A stretch of DNA of 32,000 nt, taken from contig NC_021885.1 in assembly GCF_000441555.1 (NCBI RefSeq), positions 1 to 32,000 on the forward strand, given 5' to 3'. The position numbers and the translations under genes are program-made. Source of the DNA: Candidatus Profftella armatura (GTDB lineage Bacteria > Pseudomonadota > Gammaproteobacteria > Burkholderiales > Burkholderiaceae). Below are positions 1-10,164 of the stretch, in pieces. The first letter of the stretch is position 1, and each line of letters opens with the position of its first letter. A model generated the notes under the pieces. The model was not told where the DNA came from. It saw only the letters and a list, made by a program, of their open reading frames with translations, and searched no databases.

Positions 1-134
1 TGTGAAAAATAATTTTATATTTATGTGTAAGTTAATATAATGAACTATAAACTAACTGTAAAATTATAAAATTTAATATTTTTTAAAAAATTATTAGTTA
101 TAATTTTATAGGAAGATATTTTAGTAAGTTATCT

Positions 135-164
135 TTAATAAATTAAATTTTAATAAATTAAATT
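135..164. repeat. Perfect 15-nt tandem duplication (TTAATAAATTAAATT x2) just upstream of pmbA
   Basis: Direct reading shows 135-149 and 150-164 are identical. The second copy ends 9 nt before the pmbA ATG. Confidence 0.9.
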
Positions 165-173
165 ACGAAACAT

Positions 174-1553
174 ATGGAACAATTGATTAAAAATAGATCA
201 AAATTTATTTATTCTAAAAGTGAATTTCAACAATTAGCTCAAGATATGCTAAATTATGCAAAAAAAATAGGAGCATCACATTCATCAATTGAATTTAATG
301 AAGGAAATGGTTTTTCTGTTTTTGTCCGAAAAGGTAAGATAGACGTTATTGAGCAAAATAATGATAAAAATATGAATGTAATTATTTATATTCAAGATGG
401 AAAAAAAATGTTTTATGGAAATTCTAGTACATCAGATTTTTGTAAAAAATCTTTATATGACACAATTAATGCTGCATACAATATAGCTCGTTTTACTGCT
501 TCAGATAATTTTGCGGGATTACCTGATGAAAATACATTAGAAATGAATCCTCTTGATTTTAAATTATATACCCCGTGGTTTTTATCAATAGATGATGCAA
601 AATTAATTGCTTATCGTTGTGAAAATGAAGCATTTAATTTTAATTCTCTTATTGTTAATAATGAAAATACAGGCGTAACTACACAACAATCTCATTTTTT
701 ATTAGCTAATAGTCATGGATTTATGAGTGGTTATCCATTTTCTAAGCATATTATTTCTATATCTCCCATAGCTATAAAGGGAAAGGAAATGCAGCGTGAT
801 AATTGGTATTCCTCGAATTCTGATCCTAAAAAATTAGATCAACCTGAAATCATTGGTTTTTATGCTGCTAAACGTACAATTTCACGTCTTAAAGCTAAAA
901 AAATTAGCACACGAAAATGTCCGGTATTATTTGAGGCGCCTTTAGCATTTGAATTATTAAATATTTTTGCTCGGTTAATATCTGGTAATTCTCTTTATCG
1001 TAAATCTACTTTTTTAGTTGATTCATTAGGAAAAAAAATATTTAGCTCACATATTCAAATCATAGAAGATCCTCATATTTTAGGTTCATTTGGTTCTTCT
1101 TCATTTGACAATGAAGGGGTAAAAACTCAAAAACGCCTAGTAGTTAAAAATGGTATAATTCAAGGATATTTTTTGTCAACTTATTCAGCCAAAAAACTTG
1201 GAATGAAAACTACTGGAAATTCTGGAGGAGCACATCATTTAATTATTATTTCTAATAAAACTAAATCATCAGATAATTTAAAAGAAATGTTAAAAAAAAT
1301 GAATACGGGACTTTTGGTTACAGAATTAATGGGTGATGGTATAAATTATATTACCGGGGATTATTCAAAAGGAGCATTTGGTTATTGGATTGAAAATGGA
1401 AAAATTCAATATTCTGTAGAAGAAATTACAATTTCTGGTAAATTACAAAATATGTTTAAACAAATTGTTGCTATTGGTAGTGATGTTTTAACAAGAAACT
1501 CTAATACTAGTGGCTCAATTTTAATTGAAAATATGATTATTGCTGGAAAATAA
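174..1553 (+). CDS. pmbA: PmbA/TldE-family metalloprotease (TldD/PmbA family)
   Basis: 459-aa ORF of the usual PmbA length. The C-terminal blocks TGLLVTELMGDGINYITGDYSKGAFGYWIENGKI and SGSILIENMIIAG match the PmbA/TldD family as I recall it. Confidence 0.8.
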   Translation: MEQLIKNRSKFIYSKSEFQQLAQDMLNYAKKIGASHSSIEFNEGNGFSVFVRKGKIDVIEQNNDKNMNVIIYIQDGKKMFYGNSSTSDFCKKSLYDTINAAYNIARFTASDNFAGLPDENTLEMNPLDFKLYTPWFLSIDDAKLIAYRCENEAFNFNSLIVNNENTGVTTQQSHFLLANSHGFMSGYPFSKHIISISPIAIKGKEMQRDNWYSSNSDPKKLDQPEIIGFYAAKRTISRLKAKKISTRKCPVLFEAPLAFELLNIFARLISGNSLYRKSTFLVDSLGKKIFSSHIQIIEDPHILGSFGSSSFDNEGVKTQKRLVVKNGIIQGYFLSTYSAKKLGMKTTGNSGGAHHLIIISNKTKSSDNLKEMLKKMNTGLLVTELMGDGINYITGDYSKGAFGYWIENGKIQYSVEEITISGKLQNMFKQIVAIGSDVLTRNSNTSGSILIENMIIAGK

Positions 1554-1672
1554 TACTAATTAAATATAAATAAAATAAAAATTTTATTCACATTATAAAA
1601 ATATACAAAAAATATTTTTATAATTAAATATAATAAAATTAATAAAATATAATTAACATATATTATTATTTT

Positions 1673-2581
1673 ATGAGTAAAAATTTTTTTGTAAAAAAAA
1701 TTGGTTTACCAAGATTATTAATTATTGGTTGTGGAAATATTGGTATACGTTTATTAAATTTATTGCATAAACGTTTTCGTATATTTGCGGTTACTAAAAA
1801 TTTAAAAATTTTTTTTAAATTACGTTCTTTGGGAGTAATACCGATTTTGATTGATTTAGGTGATTATAAAAGTTTAAAAAGATTAAAAAAAATAGCAAAT
1901 ATTATTATTTTTCTTGCCCCGCCTTTTTCAAAGGATATTTATGATAAAGGTAGTCGAAATTTATTTTCTGTTTTTAATAAAAATTCAATTTTAATGTATA
2001 TTAGTACTACAGGTGTTTATGGTAATTGTAATAGTGATTTTATTGATGAAACTAGATTAGTTAATCCATGTACTGAACGGGCTAAGCGTAGAATTGATGC
2101 AGAACAAATATGGAAAATATGGGCTCGTTTTTTAAAAAATAAATTAATAATTTTACGTGTTCCAGGTATATATTCGAAGTCTAGACTTCCGTTAGAGCGT
2201 TTAAAGAATAAAATAGGAGCATTAGTAGAGTCAGAAGATGTATTTACTAATCATATTCACGCTAATGATTTAGCAAGATTGATTATATTTGCTATAAATA
2301 GAGGTTTATCATTAAGAGTGTATAATACTGTAGACGATAGTAATCTAAAAATGGCTGATTATTTTGATAAAATATCTAATTTATTTAAATTACCCAAATC
2401 TCCAAGATTTTCTTATTTTGAATTAAAAAATCAAAAAAACGTATCATCATTTTTATTATCATTTATGTCAGAATCAAGACGTATACATAATAAAAGAATT
2501 AAAAAGGAATTAAAATTCATATTTAATTATTCAGATATTAATGATTTCTTTATCAAGAATAAGAGTATTTTAAAAATATGA
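1673..2581 (+). CDS. NAD(P)-binding Rossmann-fold protein, SDR/NAD-dependent epimerase-dehydratase-like
   Basis: 302-aa ORF with an N-terminal glycine-rich dinucleotide-binding motif (LLIIGCGNIG) and a later ISTTGVYG block typical of extended SDRs. No specific orthologue recognised. Ends with TGA. Confidence 0.55.
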   Translation: MSKNFFVKKIGLPRLLIIGCGNIGIRLLNLLHKRFRIFAVTKNLKIFFKLRSLGVIPILIDLGDYKSLKRLKKIANIIIFLAPPFSKDIYDKGSRNLFSVFNKNSILMYISTTGVYGNCNSDFIDETRLVNPCTERAKRRIDAEQIWKIWARFLKNKLIILRVPGIYSKSRLPLERLKNKIGALVESEDVFTNHIHANDLARLIIFAINRGLSLRVYNTVDDSNLKMADYFDKISNLFKLPKSPRFSYFELKNQKNVSSFLLSFMSESRRIHNKRIKKELKFIFNYSDINDFFIKNKSILKI

Positions 2582-2600
2582 TGATTAAAAAATATAGGCG

Positions 2601-2674
2601 CCTGCCTTACTGGAATCGAACCAGTAACCTATGCCTTAGAAGGGCATTGCTCTATCCGGTTAAGCTAAAGGCAG
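2601..2674 (-). tRNA. tRNA-Arg (anticodon UCU)
   Basis: The reverse complement folds as a cloverleaf. Acceptor stem is CTGCCTT/AAGGCAG, the anticodon stem ATGCC/GGCAT carries loop CTTCTAA, and the T arm is ACTGG-TTCGATT-CCAGT. The discriminator is G and the 3' CCA is not encoded. Confidence 0.9.
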
Positions 2675-2782
2675 AAAATAATAATTTTTCTTGAAGAATA
2701 CTATTTATACAAGTATAAATATTTTTTTATATTTTTATTTTCTTTAAAAATTTAGTTTTAAAAATAAAATTATTTTTTTATG

Positions 2783-2855
2783 CTCCCTGACCTGGGCTCG
2801 AACCAGGGACCTGCGGATTAACAGTCCGTCGCTCTACCAACTGAGCTATCAGGGA
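2783..2855 (-). tRNA. tRNA-Asn (anticodon GUU)
   Basis: The reverse complement is TCCCTGATAGCTCAGTTGGTAGAGCGACGGACTGTTAATCCGCAGGTCCCTGGTTCGAGCCCAGGTCAGGGAG. Acceptor stem is TCCCTGA/TCAGGGA and the anticodon loop is CTGTTAA. CCA is not encoded. Confidence 0.92.
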
Positions 2856-2871
2856 TAAGATGATATTTTGA

Positions 2872-2900
2872 ATTTTCACTAAAAATTATAATCTTGTCAA
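2872..2900 (-). promoter_or_regulatory. Candidate sigma70 promoter for the tRNA-Asn/tRNA-Arg transcription unit
   Basis: On the minus strand, a consensus TTGACA (2900..2895) is followed by a 17-nt spacer and GAAAAT (2877..2872). This places a start about 10 nt upstream of the tRNA-Asn 5' end. The -10 is weak. The -35 lies inside the palindrome ATCTTGTCAAGAT (2891-2903). Confidence 0.25.
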
Positions 2901-3556
2901 GATAATATATTTTTTAAAAATATTATCTCTATATATTTTTTAATGATGCTTTATGATAATAAATATTGCACAAAAATTATTTTATTATCATCTAAATAAT
3001 TTGAATAAATTATTAATAATAAATTTTTTTATTAAATTTAATATAAGTGACATTAAAAATAAATAAAAATTTTAATATTAAACTAGTGTCATGTACAGAG
3101 TTTTTATTTGTAAAAGAATACAAGAAGTTTTTTACTATTTTTATTTAATAAATTTACTATTACTGATTGATTATAAATAAGTCTATCAATTTAATATTTT
3201 TCAGAAATTTGTACATATTTTAAAAGTGGAGTAATATGATTACATCATGATAAACTTTCACTCTAAAATTATTTTTAATATATTTTTATCTGCATTAATT
3301 TTTTTAAAACTACCAAAAATTTTATTGTTTAAAGAATGTTTAATAAAATAAAAATAATTTTAATTTTGAAAAAATATCATTTTTATTTTTTAAATTTAAT
3401 ATTAAAAATCAAAAGTAATAATGTATTTTTTGATTGTATTTTAAGTGTACAATTAATATTTAATAGTTTTAAAATTTTTATAAAAACTATAAAATATCGA
3501 AAATATATATATAATTAAATTTTAAAATTTAACTATTTTATAAAAACTATATATAC

Positions 3557-4816
3557 ATGAATTCTGAAATTAAAAACAATTTTTTATTTAATGAATATAA
3601 AATAAAAAATCTTCCAATATATATGGATTATTCAGCTACTACACCAATTGATCCTCGTGTTGTTGATAAAATGATTCCATATCTTCGTGTTCAATTTGGT
3701 AACCCTGCTTCGCGTAATCATATATATGGTTGGACAGCAGAAAAAGCAATAGAAAAAGCTCGTAATGAAGTTGCTCAATTAATTTATGCCGACCCAAGAG
3801 AAATTATATGGACTTCTGGTGCAACAGAGAGTAATAATTTAGCCATTAAAGGTGCTGCTCATTTTTATAAAAAAAGAGGAAAACATATTATTACAGTACA
3901 AACTGAACATAAGTCTGTACTTGATTCAATTAGAAAACTTGAGAATGATGGTTTTAGAGTTACTTATTTAAAACCTAAGAATAACGGATTAATTACTCTT
4001 TCTCAATTAGAGGAGAAGATTTGTTCTGACACTATTTTAGTTTCTGTTATGTTGGTTAATAATGAAATTGGAGTGATACAACCTATTTTAGAGATTGGTG
4101 AATTATGTAGATCAAAAGGTGTTATTTTTCATTGCGATGCAGCACAAGCTGTTGGAAAAATTGATATTAATATTCAAAATTGTAAAGTTGATTTAATGAG
4201 TTTTTCTGCGCACAAAATATATGGACCTAAAGGTATTGGAGCTTTATATATACGAAGAAACCCTAGAACTCGTATAGAAGCTCAAATTCATGGAGGTGGT
4301 CATGAGTATGGTTTGCGTTCGGGAACATTAGCTACTCATCAAATTGTAGGAATGGGTGAAGCATTTCGTTTGGCGCGTATAGAAATGAAAGAAGAATTAA
4401 AGCGTATATTATTTTTACAAAAGCGTTTATATAATGGATTAATGGAATCTATTGAAGAAATTTATATTAATGGTGATATGAATAATCGTATTCCCCATAA
4501 TTTAAATATTAGTTTTAATTTTATAGAGGGTGAATCGCTTTTGATGGCAATAAAAGATATTGCTGTTTCATCTGGATCAGCATGTACTTCAGCAAGTTTA
4601 GAGCCATCTTATGTGTTGCGAGCATTAGGATGTAATGATGAATTAGCTCATAGTTCAATAAGATTTACCATTGGTCGTTTTACTACTGAAAAAGAAATTG
4701 ATTTTACTATTAAATTATTAAAAATGAAAGTTAAAAAATTACGCGAATTATCTCCTTTGTGGGATATGCATAAAGAAGGAATCGATCTTAATACAATTAA
4801 ATGGGCTATTCATTAA
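3557..4816 (+). CDS. iscS: Cysteine desulfurase IscS (PLP-dependent)
   Basis: 419-aa ORF containing [17 protein letters not shown], the PLP-lysine region [14 protein letters not shown] and the active-site loop SSGSACTS. It is followed by iscU-iscA-hscB-hscA-fdx. The start could instead be the internal Met of YMDYSATTP; neither candidate has a clear SD. Confidence 0.93.
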   Translation: MNSEIKNNFLFNEYKIKNLPIYMDYSATTPIDPRVVDKMIPYLRVQFGNPASRNHIYGWTAEKAIEKARNEVAQLIYADPREIIWTSGATESNNLAIKGAAHFYKKRGKHIITVQTEHKSVLDSIRKLENDGFRVTYLKPKNNGLITLSQLEEKICSDTILVSVMLVNNEIGVIQPILEIGELCRSKGVIFHCDAAQAVGKIDINIQNCKVDLMSFSAHKIYGPKGIGALYIRRNPRTRIEAQIHGGGHEYGLRSGTLATHQIVGMGEAFRLARIEMKEELKRILFLQKRLYNGLMESIEEIYINGDMNNRIPHNLNISFNFIEGESLLMAIKDIAVSSGSACTSASLEPSYVLRALGCNDELAHSSIRFTIGRFTTEKEIDFTIKLLKMKVKKLRELSPLWDMHKEGIDLNTIKWAIH

Positions 4817-4903
4817 CATAATTAAAGGTATTAATTTTAATACAATTTTTAGTTTAATTTCTTTAAAAGTAAAGAATTTTTATTTTTTATAAAGGAATTT
4901 TTT

Positions 4904-5299
4904 ATGTCTTACTCGGAAAAAGTATTAGATCATTATGAAAATCCACGTAATGTTGGTGTATTTGAAAAAAATGATAATACAGTGGGAACTGGAATGGTTG
5001 GCGCTCCAGCTTGTGGTGATGTAATGAAATTACAAATTAAAGTTAATAAAAATGGAGTAATTACTGATGCTAAATTTAAAACTTATGGATGCGGTTCAGC
5101 TATCGCCTCTTCATCTTTAGTTACAGAATGGGTTAAAGGTAAAACATTAGATGAAGCGATGTCAATAAAAAATACTGATATTGCAGAGGAATTGGTGCTT
5201 CCTCCATTAAAAATACATTGTTCTATTTTAGCTGAAGATGCAATTAAATTGGCTATAGAATCTTATAAAGATAAACAAAAAAATATAAAAAATAAATAA
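4904..5299 (+). CDS. iscU: Fe-S cluster assembly scaffold IscU
   Basis: 131 aa with the three conserved Cys contexts GAPACGDVM, YGCGSAIASSS and LPPLKIHCSILA. SD-like AAGGA lies upstream. Confidence 0.95.
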   Translation: MSYSEKVLDHYENPRNVGVFEKNDNTVGTGMVGAPACGDVMKLQIKVNKNGVITDAKFKTYGCGSAIASSSLVTEWVKGKTLDEAMSIKNTDIAEELVLPPLKIHCSILAEDAIKLAIESYKDKQKNIKNK

Positions 5300-5315
5300 T
5301 TTAATTTTTATAAAA

Positions 5316-5639
5316 ATGGAAATTAAGGTTACTAAAAAAGCAGCAAAATATATTAATAAATATATACAAAAGAGAGGAAAGGGTATTGGTTTACGATTAG
5401 GTGTTTATAATCGTGGTTGCTCTGGTCTTTCTTATAAATTAGAATATGTAGATGAAAAAAGAAAAGAAGATCAAGTATTTAAATTAAATGGTGTACAAAT
5501 ATTTATTAATGAAAAAGATCTTTTATATTTTAATGGTATAGAATTAGATTTTGAATTTGATGGATTGAATAAGGGATTTAAATTTAAAAATCCAAATATT
5601 AAAAATAAATGTGGTTGCGGGAAAAGTTTTCAAATTTAA
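5316..5639 (+). CDS. iscA: Fe-S cluster insertion/A-type carrier protein IscA
   Basis: 107 aa with Cys in RGCSG and the C-terminal CGCGKSF motif characteristic of A-type carriers. Position within the isc operon supports the call. Confidence 0.9.
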   Translation: MEIKVTKKAAKYINKYIQKRGKGIGLRLGVYNRGCSGLSYKLEYVDEKRKEDQVFKLNGVQIFINEKDLLYFNGIELDFEFDGLNKGFKFKNPNIKNKCGCGKSFQI

Positions 5640-5680
5640 AAATATTTTTATTATTTTTATTCATTGATAAGTAATTAAAC

Positions 5681-6202
5681 ATGAAAAATTATTTTGATTT
5701 TTTTAATTTACCTAAATGTTTTAATATTGATATGGATTTACTTGATAAAATTTATTACAATTTTCAAAAAAAAATACATCCAGATAATTTTATTCAAAAA
5801 TCAAAAATTGATCAAGATGCTTCAGTTAAATTATCTACATATTTAAATAAAGCATATTCAATATTAAAAGATCCATTTCTTAGATCTATTTATTTGTGTA
5901 AATTAAATGGAATTGATTTAAATACTAAATTAAATCTTAATTTTTCGCATGATTTTTTAGAACAACAAATGAAATGGCGAGAAACTCTTAGTATAATAAA
6001 AAATAAAAAAGATAAAGGTAAGTTAGAAATTTTGTCAAAAAAAATACGTAAAATAAGTAAAAAAGAAATGAGAATTATAGAAAATTTTATTAATAAAAAT
6101 CAGTATAATTCTGCAATATTAAATATACACAAATTAATGTTCTTAAAAAAATTTAATATTGAAATTAATAATGCATTTATGTTAATGAATATAACTCAAT
6201 AA
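5681..6202 (+). CDS. hscB: Fe-S co-chaperone HscB (J-domain protein)
   Basis: 173 aa with an N-terminal J-domain including YFDFFNL and the HPD tripeptide (KIHPDNF). Lies between iscA and hscA. Confidence 0.88.
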   Translation: MKNYFDFFNLPKCFNIDMDLLDKIYYNFQKKIHPDNFIQKSKIDQDASVKLSTYLNKAYSILKDPFLRSIYLCKLNGIDLNTKLNLNFSHDFLEQQMKWRETLSIIKNKKDKGKLEILSKKIRKISKKEMRIIENFINKNQYNSAILNIHKLMFLKKFNIEINNAFMLMNITQ

Positions 6203-6225
6203 TATAGTGAAATATAGTTAAATTT

Positions 6226-7785
6226 ATGGCATTACTTCAAATCTCAGAACCTGATGATATATCAGTTAAAAATAAATGCGTTTCAATTGGAATTGATTTT
6301 GGAACTACTAATTCATTAGTAGCAATAGTTCGAAACAATATTCCAGAAGTATTAAAAGATAAGTATGGTTATTTTCTTATACCATCAATTGTCCGTTATC
6401 TTCCTGATGGAAAAATATATGTTGGGAAAAAAGCCAAAATAACACAAAATATTGATCCAAAAAATACTATTTCTTCTATTAAACGTTTTATAGCGCGTGA
6501 TTTAAAAAATATTAATATAAATAGTTTTCCTTATGATTTTCAAAATAAATTTGGAATGTTACATATTAAAACTATTTCTGGAATAAAAAGTCCAATTGAA
6601 ATATCAGCTCAAATTTTTATTACTTTAAAAAAGATAGCTGAAAATGCTGTTAATAATAGAATATTTGGAGCGGTTATTACTGTCCCCGCTTATTTTAATG
6701 ATATTCAAAGACAATTTACCAAAAATGCTGCAAAATTAGCAGGATTAAATGTATTACGTTTGTTAAATGAACCAACTTCTGCTGCTATAGCTTATAAATT
6801 AGATAAAAATATTTTTGAAGGTATTTTTGCTGTATATGATCTTGGTGGTGGGACTTTTGATATTTCAATTTTAAAATTTAAGAATGGTGTATTTAAAGTT
6901 TTATCTGTTGGGGGTGATTCAAATCTTGGTGGAGATGATTTTGATTATTGTTTGTTTTCTTGGATTGTAAAAAATGCTTTCTTAAAAAAATTATCGTATA
7001 AAGATGTTAATATCTTAATGATCAAGTCTCGTGAAATTAAAGAATTATTATCATATCAATCTAGTGTTAAATTAAATGTTAAATTAAGTGATAAAAAAAT
7101 AGTTAATATAACTATTGATATGAAACAATTTTTTACAATAACACAGCATTTGGTTAATAGGACTATTTTACTTTCTAGCAAAGCATTAATGGATGCTAAC
7201 TTAACCATTAAAGATATTAATAATGTTATATTAGTTGGTGGTTCTACTCGTATGAAGCATATTCATGAAGGAGTTAGTAATTTTTTTAAAACTACTTTAT
7301 TAACAAGTATAGATCCAGATAAAGCTGTAGTATTTGGTGCAGCAATTCAAGCTAATTTTTTATCCGGAAATCGAGGTATTGATGATAATTTTCTTTTACT
7401 GGATGTAATTCCCTTATCTTTAGGTATTGAAACTATTGGTGGTTTAGTAGAAAAAATTATTTTTCGAAATACTACTATTCCATGTTCTTATTCTGGTGAA
7501 TTTACAACATTTAAAGACAATCAAACTGCAATAGCTATTAAAGTGGTTCAAGGTGAAGATGAATTAGTTAAAAATTGTCAGGTTTTGGCAAATTTTGAGT
7601 TGCGCGATATTCCTCCTATGCCGGCTGGTAGAGCTCGTATAAAAGTAACTTATCAAGTTGATGCGGATGGTTTATTATCGATTTTTGCATACGAAAAGAT
7701 ATCTGGAAAAAAAAAATTTATTACTATTAAACCGTTTTATAATATGAATTTAGATGAGATAAAAAGTAATTTAAAAGATAAATAA
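6226..7785 (+). CDS. hscA: Fe-S chaperone HscA (Hsp70 family), C-terminally short form
   Basis: Begins MALLQISEP as E. coli HscA does. It has the Hsp70 ATPase motifs ([24 protein letters not shown]) and the beta substrate-binding domain ([14 protein letters not shown]...[11 protein letters not shown]). At 519 aa it stops where the helical lid would begin. Confidence 0.9.
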   Translation: MALLQISEPDDISVKNKCVSIGIDFGTTNSLVAIVRNNIPEVLKDKYGYFLIPSIVRYLPDGKIYVGKKAKITQNIDPKNTISSIKRFIARDLKNININSFPYDFQNKFGMLHIKTISGIKSPIEISAQIFITLKKIAENAVNNRIFGAVITVPAYFNDIQRQFTKNAAKLAGLNVLRLLNEPTSAAIAYKLDKNIFEGIFAVYDLGGGTFDISILKFKNGVFKVLSVGGDSNLGGDDFDYCLFSWIVKNAFLKKLSYKDVNILMIKSREIKELLSYQSSVKLNVKLSDKKIVNITIDMKQFFTITQHLVNRTILLSSKALMDANLTIKDINNVILVGGSTRMKHIHEGVSNFFKTTLLTSIDPDKAVVFGAAIQANFLSGNRGIDDNFLLLDVIPLSLGIETIGGLVEKIIFRNTTIPCSYSGEFTTFKDNQTAIAIKVVQGEDELVKNCQVLANFELRDIPPMPAGRARIKVTYQVDADGLLSIFAYEKISGKKKFITIKPFYNMNLDEIKSNLKDK

Positions 7786-7976
7786 TTATTATATTAAAAA
7801 TTTAATAAAAATTAAAAATAGAATTTTGAAAAAGTAAAATTTTATAGTAACATATTTGTAAAAATGTTTTTTATTTTAATAGCGATATATTGTTATAAAT
7901 AAAAGTAAAAAATATCAAAAAATAAAAAGATTAAATTTAATATTTTCAATAATAAACTTTTAAAAAATAAATTTGT

Positions 7977-8306
7977 ATGCCACAAGTTATTGTTTTACCT
8001 CATCCTGTTCTTTGTGAAGATGGTGCGATTTTTAATGAAAATTCTGGTATCTCTTTATGTGATGCGTTATTAAAAAATTCAATTTTTATTGAGCATGCAT
8101 GCGAAAAATCTTGTGCATGTGCTACTTGCCATGTAATTATTAGAGAAGGTTTTAATGAAATAAATAAAGCTAATGAAGTAGAAGAAGATATGTTAAATAA
8201 AGCATGGGGTCTAGAAGAAAATTCAAGATTATCTTGTCAGGTAATATTAGGATCATCAGATTTAACTATTGAAATTCCACGATATACAATAAATCAAGTT
8301 AAATAA
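7977..8306 (+). CDS. fdx: ISC-type [2Fe-2S] ferredoxin
   Basis: 109 aa with the cysteine ligand pattern CEKSCACATCH plus SRLSCQ, typical of adrenodoxin-like Fdx. Position after hscA supports the call. Confidence 0.92.
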   Translation: MPQVIVLPHPVLCEDGAIFNENSGISLCDALLKNSIFIEHACEKSCACATCHVIIREGFNEINKANEVEEDMLNKAWGLEENSRLSCQVILGSSDLTIEIPRYTINQVK

Positions 8307-8374
8307 AATTATTTTTAAAAATAAAATTTTTCTAATTATACATTTATTTTTTTTAAATATATAAAATTTTTATT

Positions 8375-9103
8375 ATGGCTGGACATAGTAAATGGGCTAA
8401 CATAAAAAGAAAAAAATTAATAGTTGATGCTAAACGAGGTAAAATATGTACTCGTATCATGAGAGAATTAAGAGTTGCTATTAATTTTGGTAATAATCCT
8501 GATACTAATATAAAATTACGTTTAGCTATTGAAAAAGCTTTAGACGCTAATATACCTAAAAATAATATTTTTCGTGCTATTCAAAAAAATAATAGCAATA
8601 TTAAAAATGAGAATATAAATTATATAGAAGTTCGATACGAAGGTTATAGTGTTAATGGAGCGGCTATAATAGTTGATTGTATTACTAATAATCGTATGCG
8701 TACAGTATCTAATATACGTAATATTTTTAATAAAAATGGGGGAAATTTAAGTAAAGAAGGATCAGTGTTATTTATGTTCAAACATTGTGGCCAATTGTTA
8801 TTTTCACCTAATACAAAAAAAAATACTCTATTAGATTTGGCTTTAGAAAAGGGTGCTGAAGATTTTTTAATAGATAAAGATAATAAAATTACAATAATTA
8901 CATCGCCTTCAAAATTTATAGAAATAAAAAATTCATTAGAAATGACTGGATTTAAAGCAGAATCTTCTGGTATTGTAATGAAACCATATACAAATATTGT
9001 ATTTAAAGATGGTGAAGCTATTAAATTACAAAAACTTTTAAATGAGTTAAAAAAATTACATGATGTGAAAAAAGTTTATACTAATGCTTTAATTTTTGAT
9101 TAA
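8375..9103 (+). CDS. yebC: YebC/PmpR-family (TACO1-like) DNA-binding/translation-associated protein
   Basis: 242 aa starting with the family-diagnostic MAGHSKWANIKRKK. The length is typical of the family. Confidence 0.9.
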   Translation: MAGHSKWANIKRKKLIVDAKRGKICTRIMRELRVAINFGNNPDTNIKLRLAIEKALDANIPKNNIFRAIQKNNSNIKNENINYIEVRYEGYSVNGAAIIVDCITNNRMRTVSNIRNIFNKNGGNLSKEGSVLFMFKHCGQLLFSPNTKKNTLLDLALEKGAEDFLIDKDNKITIITSPSKFIEIKNSLEMTGFKAESSGIVMKPYTNIVFKDGEAIKLQKLLNELKKLHDVKKVYTNALIFD

Positions 9104-9804
9104 AAAATAAAAATATTTAAAAATTTAGTGCTTAACTAAAATTACGAAATATTATTTAAATTAAAATTATTATATTTTGTATAACGTTATTAGTTATAAA
9201 AATTTATTAATTGTTTTATTAATTAATTAAATCTAATTTAAATTTACGTTATTTAAATAAAACTTTTACTAATTTTTTATTTATTTCCATGTTGTATTAC
9301 GAATTTTATTGGTAGGATTATATTGATTTTTTTGTATTTATATAGTAATTGGATTTACTTGTTGAAGTAAGTATAATCTGGACTATTTATAATTTTTGGT
9401 ATTTTTATTAATTTTGTATTCTAAAAGTTGAATAATATATAAATATTTCAGATATATTGGTTTTTTAAAGGATATGATTTTTTTATTATTATTTTAGCAA
9501 AAATAATAATTTTAAAGTATATATCGGTAATAATAAATTATTTAACTATATAATTTATAAAATGCTATTGATTTTGAAAAGAATTAATTAATATATGTTT
9601 TAAATGCATGAAATTATATGTTTTATTAGGAATACGTTTATTTTTTAACATAAAATTTTAAGCGATAAAAATTATGTTAATTACAACTACTAATTAAATT
9701 ATAATTAGCGATCTTTCACGGTTATTTATAAAAAGCATTTTTATACTACATAGTTTTATTTTTTATTTTATTAAATTTTAATTGAATTTAAATTTTATGA
9801 TTAA

Positions 9805-10143
9805 ATGAATATTAATAAACGACAAATAATGGTTATTAAAATACTAAAAGATATTAAGGCACAAGATATAAAGGTATATGATACATCTAATTTAACTAAT
9901 TTATTTGATAGAATTACTATTGCTTCTGGAAGTTCTAAACGACAAATTAATGCATTAGCTGTATCAATACGTAAGAATATTAAAAATATAAATAATAATA
10001 TTGTAAATATAGAAGGTAAAAAATCTAGCGAATGGCTTTTATTAGATTTAGGGGATATAATTATTCATATTATGAATCCATATATTAGAAATATGTATAA
10101 CTTAGAAGAAATTTGGGGTGAAAAAGAAATTAAATTTAACTAA
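9805..10143 (+). CDS. rsfS: Ribosomal silencing factor RsfS (iojap/YbeB)
   Basis: 112 aa with blocks ITIASGSSKRQINALA, EWLLLDLGDIIIHIM and YNLEEIW that match the RsfS family pattern. Confidence 0.85.
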   Translation: MNINKRQIMVIKILKDIKAQDIKVYDTSNLTNLFDRITIASGSSKRQINALAVSIRKNIKNINNNIVNIEGKKSSEWLLLDLGDIIIHIMNPYIRNMYNLEEIWGEKEIKFN

Positions 10144-10164
10144 ATATATTGAATAATAAAAATT

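Noticed and set aside
3336-3518. 60-aa ORF in the spacer upstream of iscS
   Set aside because: The product is low-complexity and I/K/F/N-rich, as expected from translating A/T-only DNA. There is no SD and no recognisable domain, and the length is barely above the cutoff.
9485-9510. 11-bp inverted repeat (ATTATTATTTT / AAAATAATAAT) with an AGCA loop
   Set aside because: The stem is entirely A-T, has negligible stability, and is not followed by a proper T-run. It is likely a chance product of base composition.
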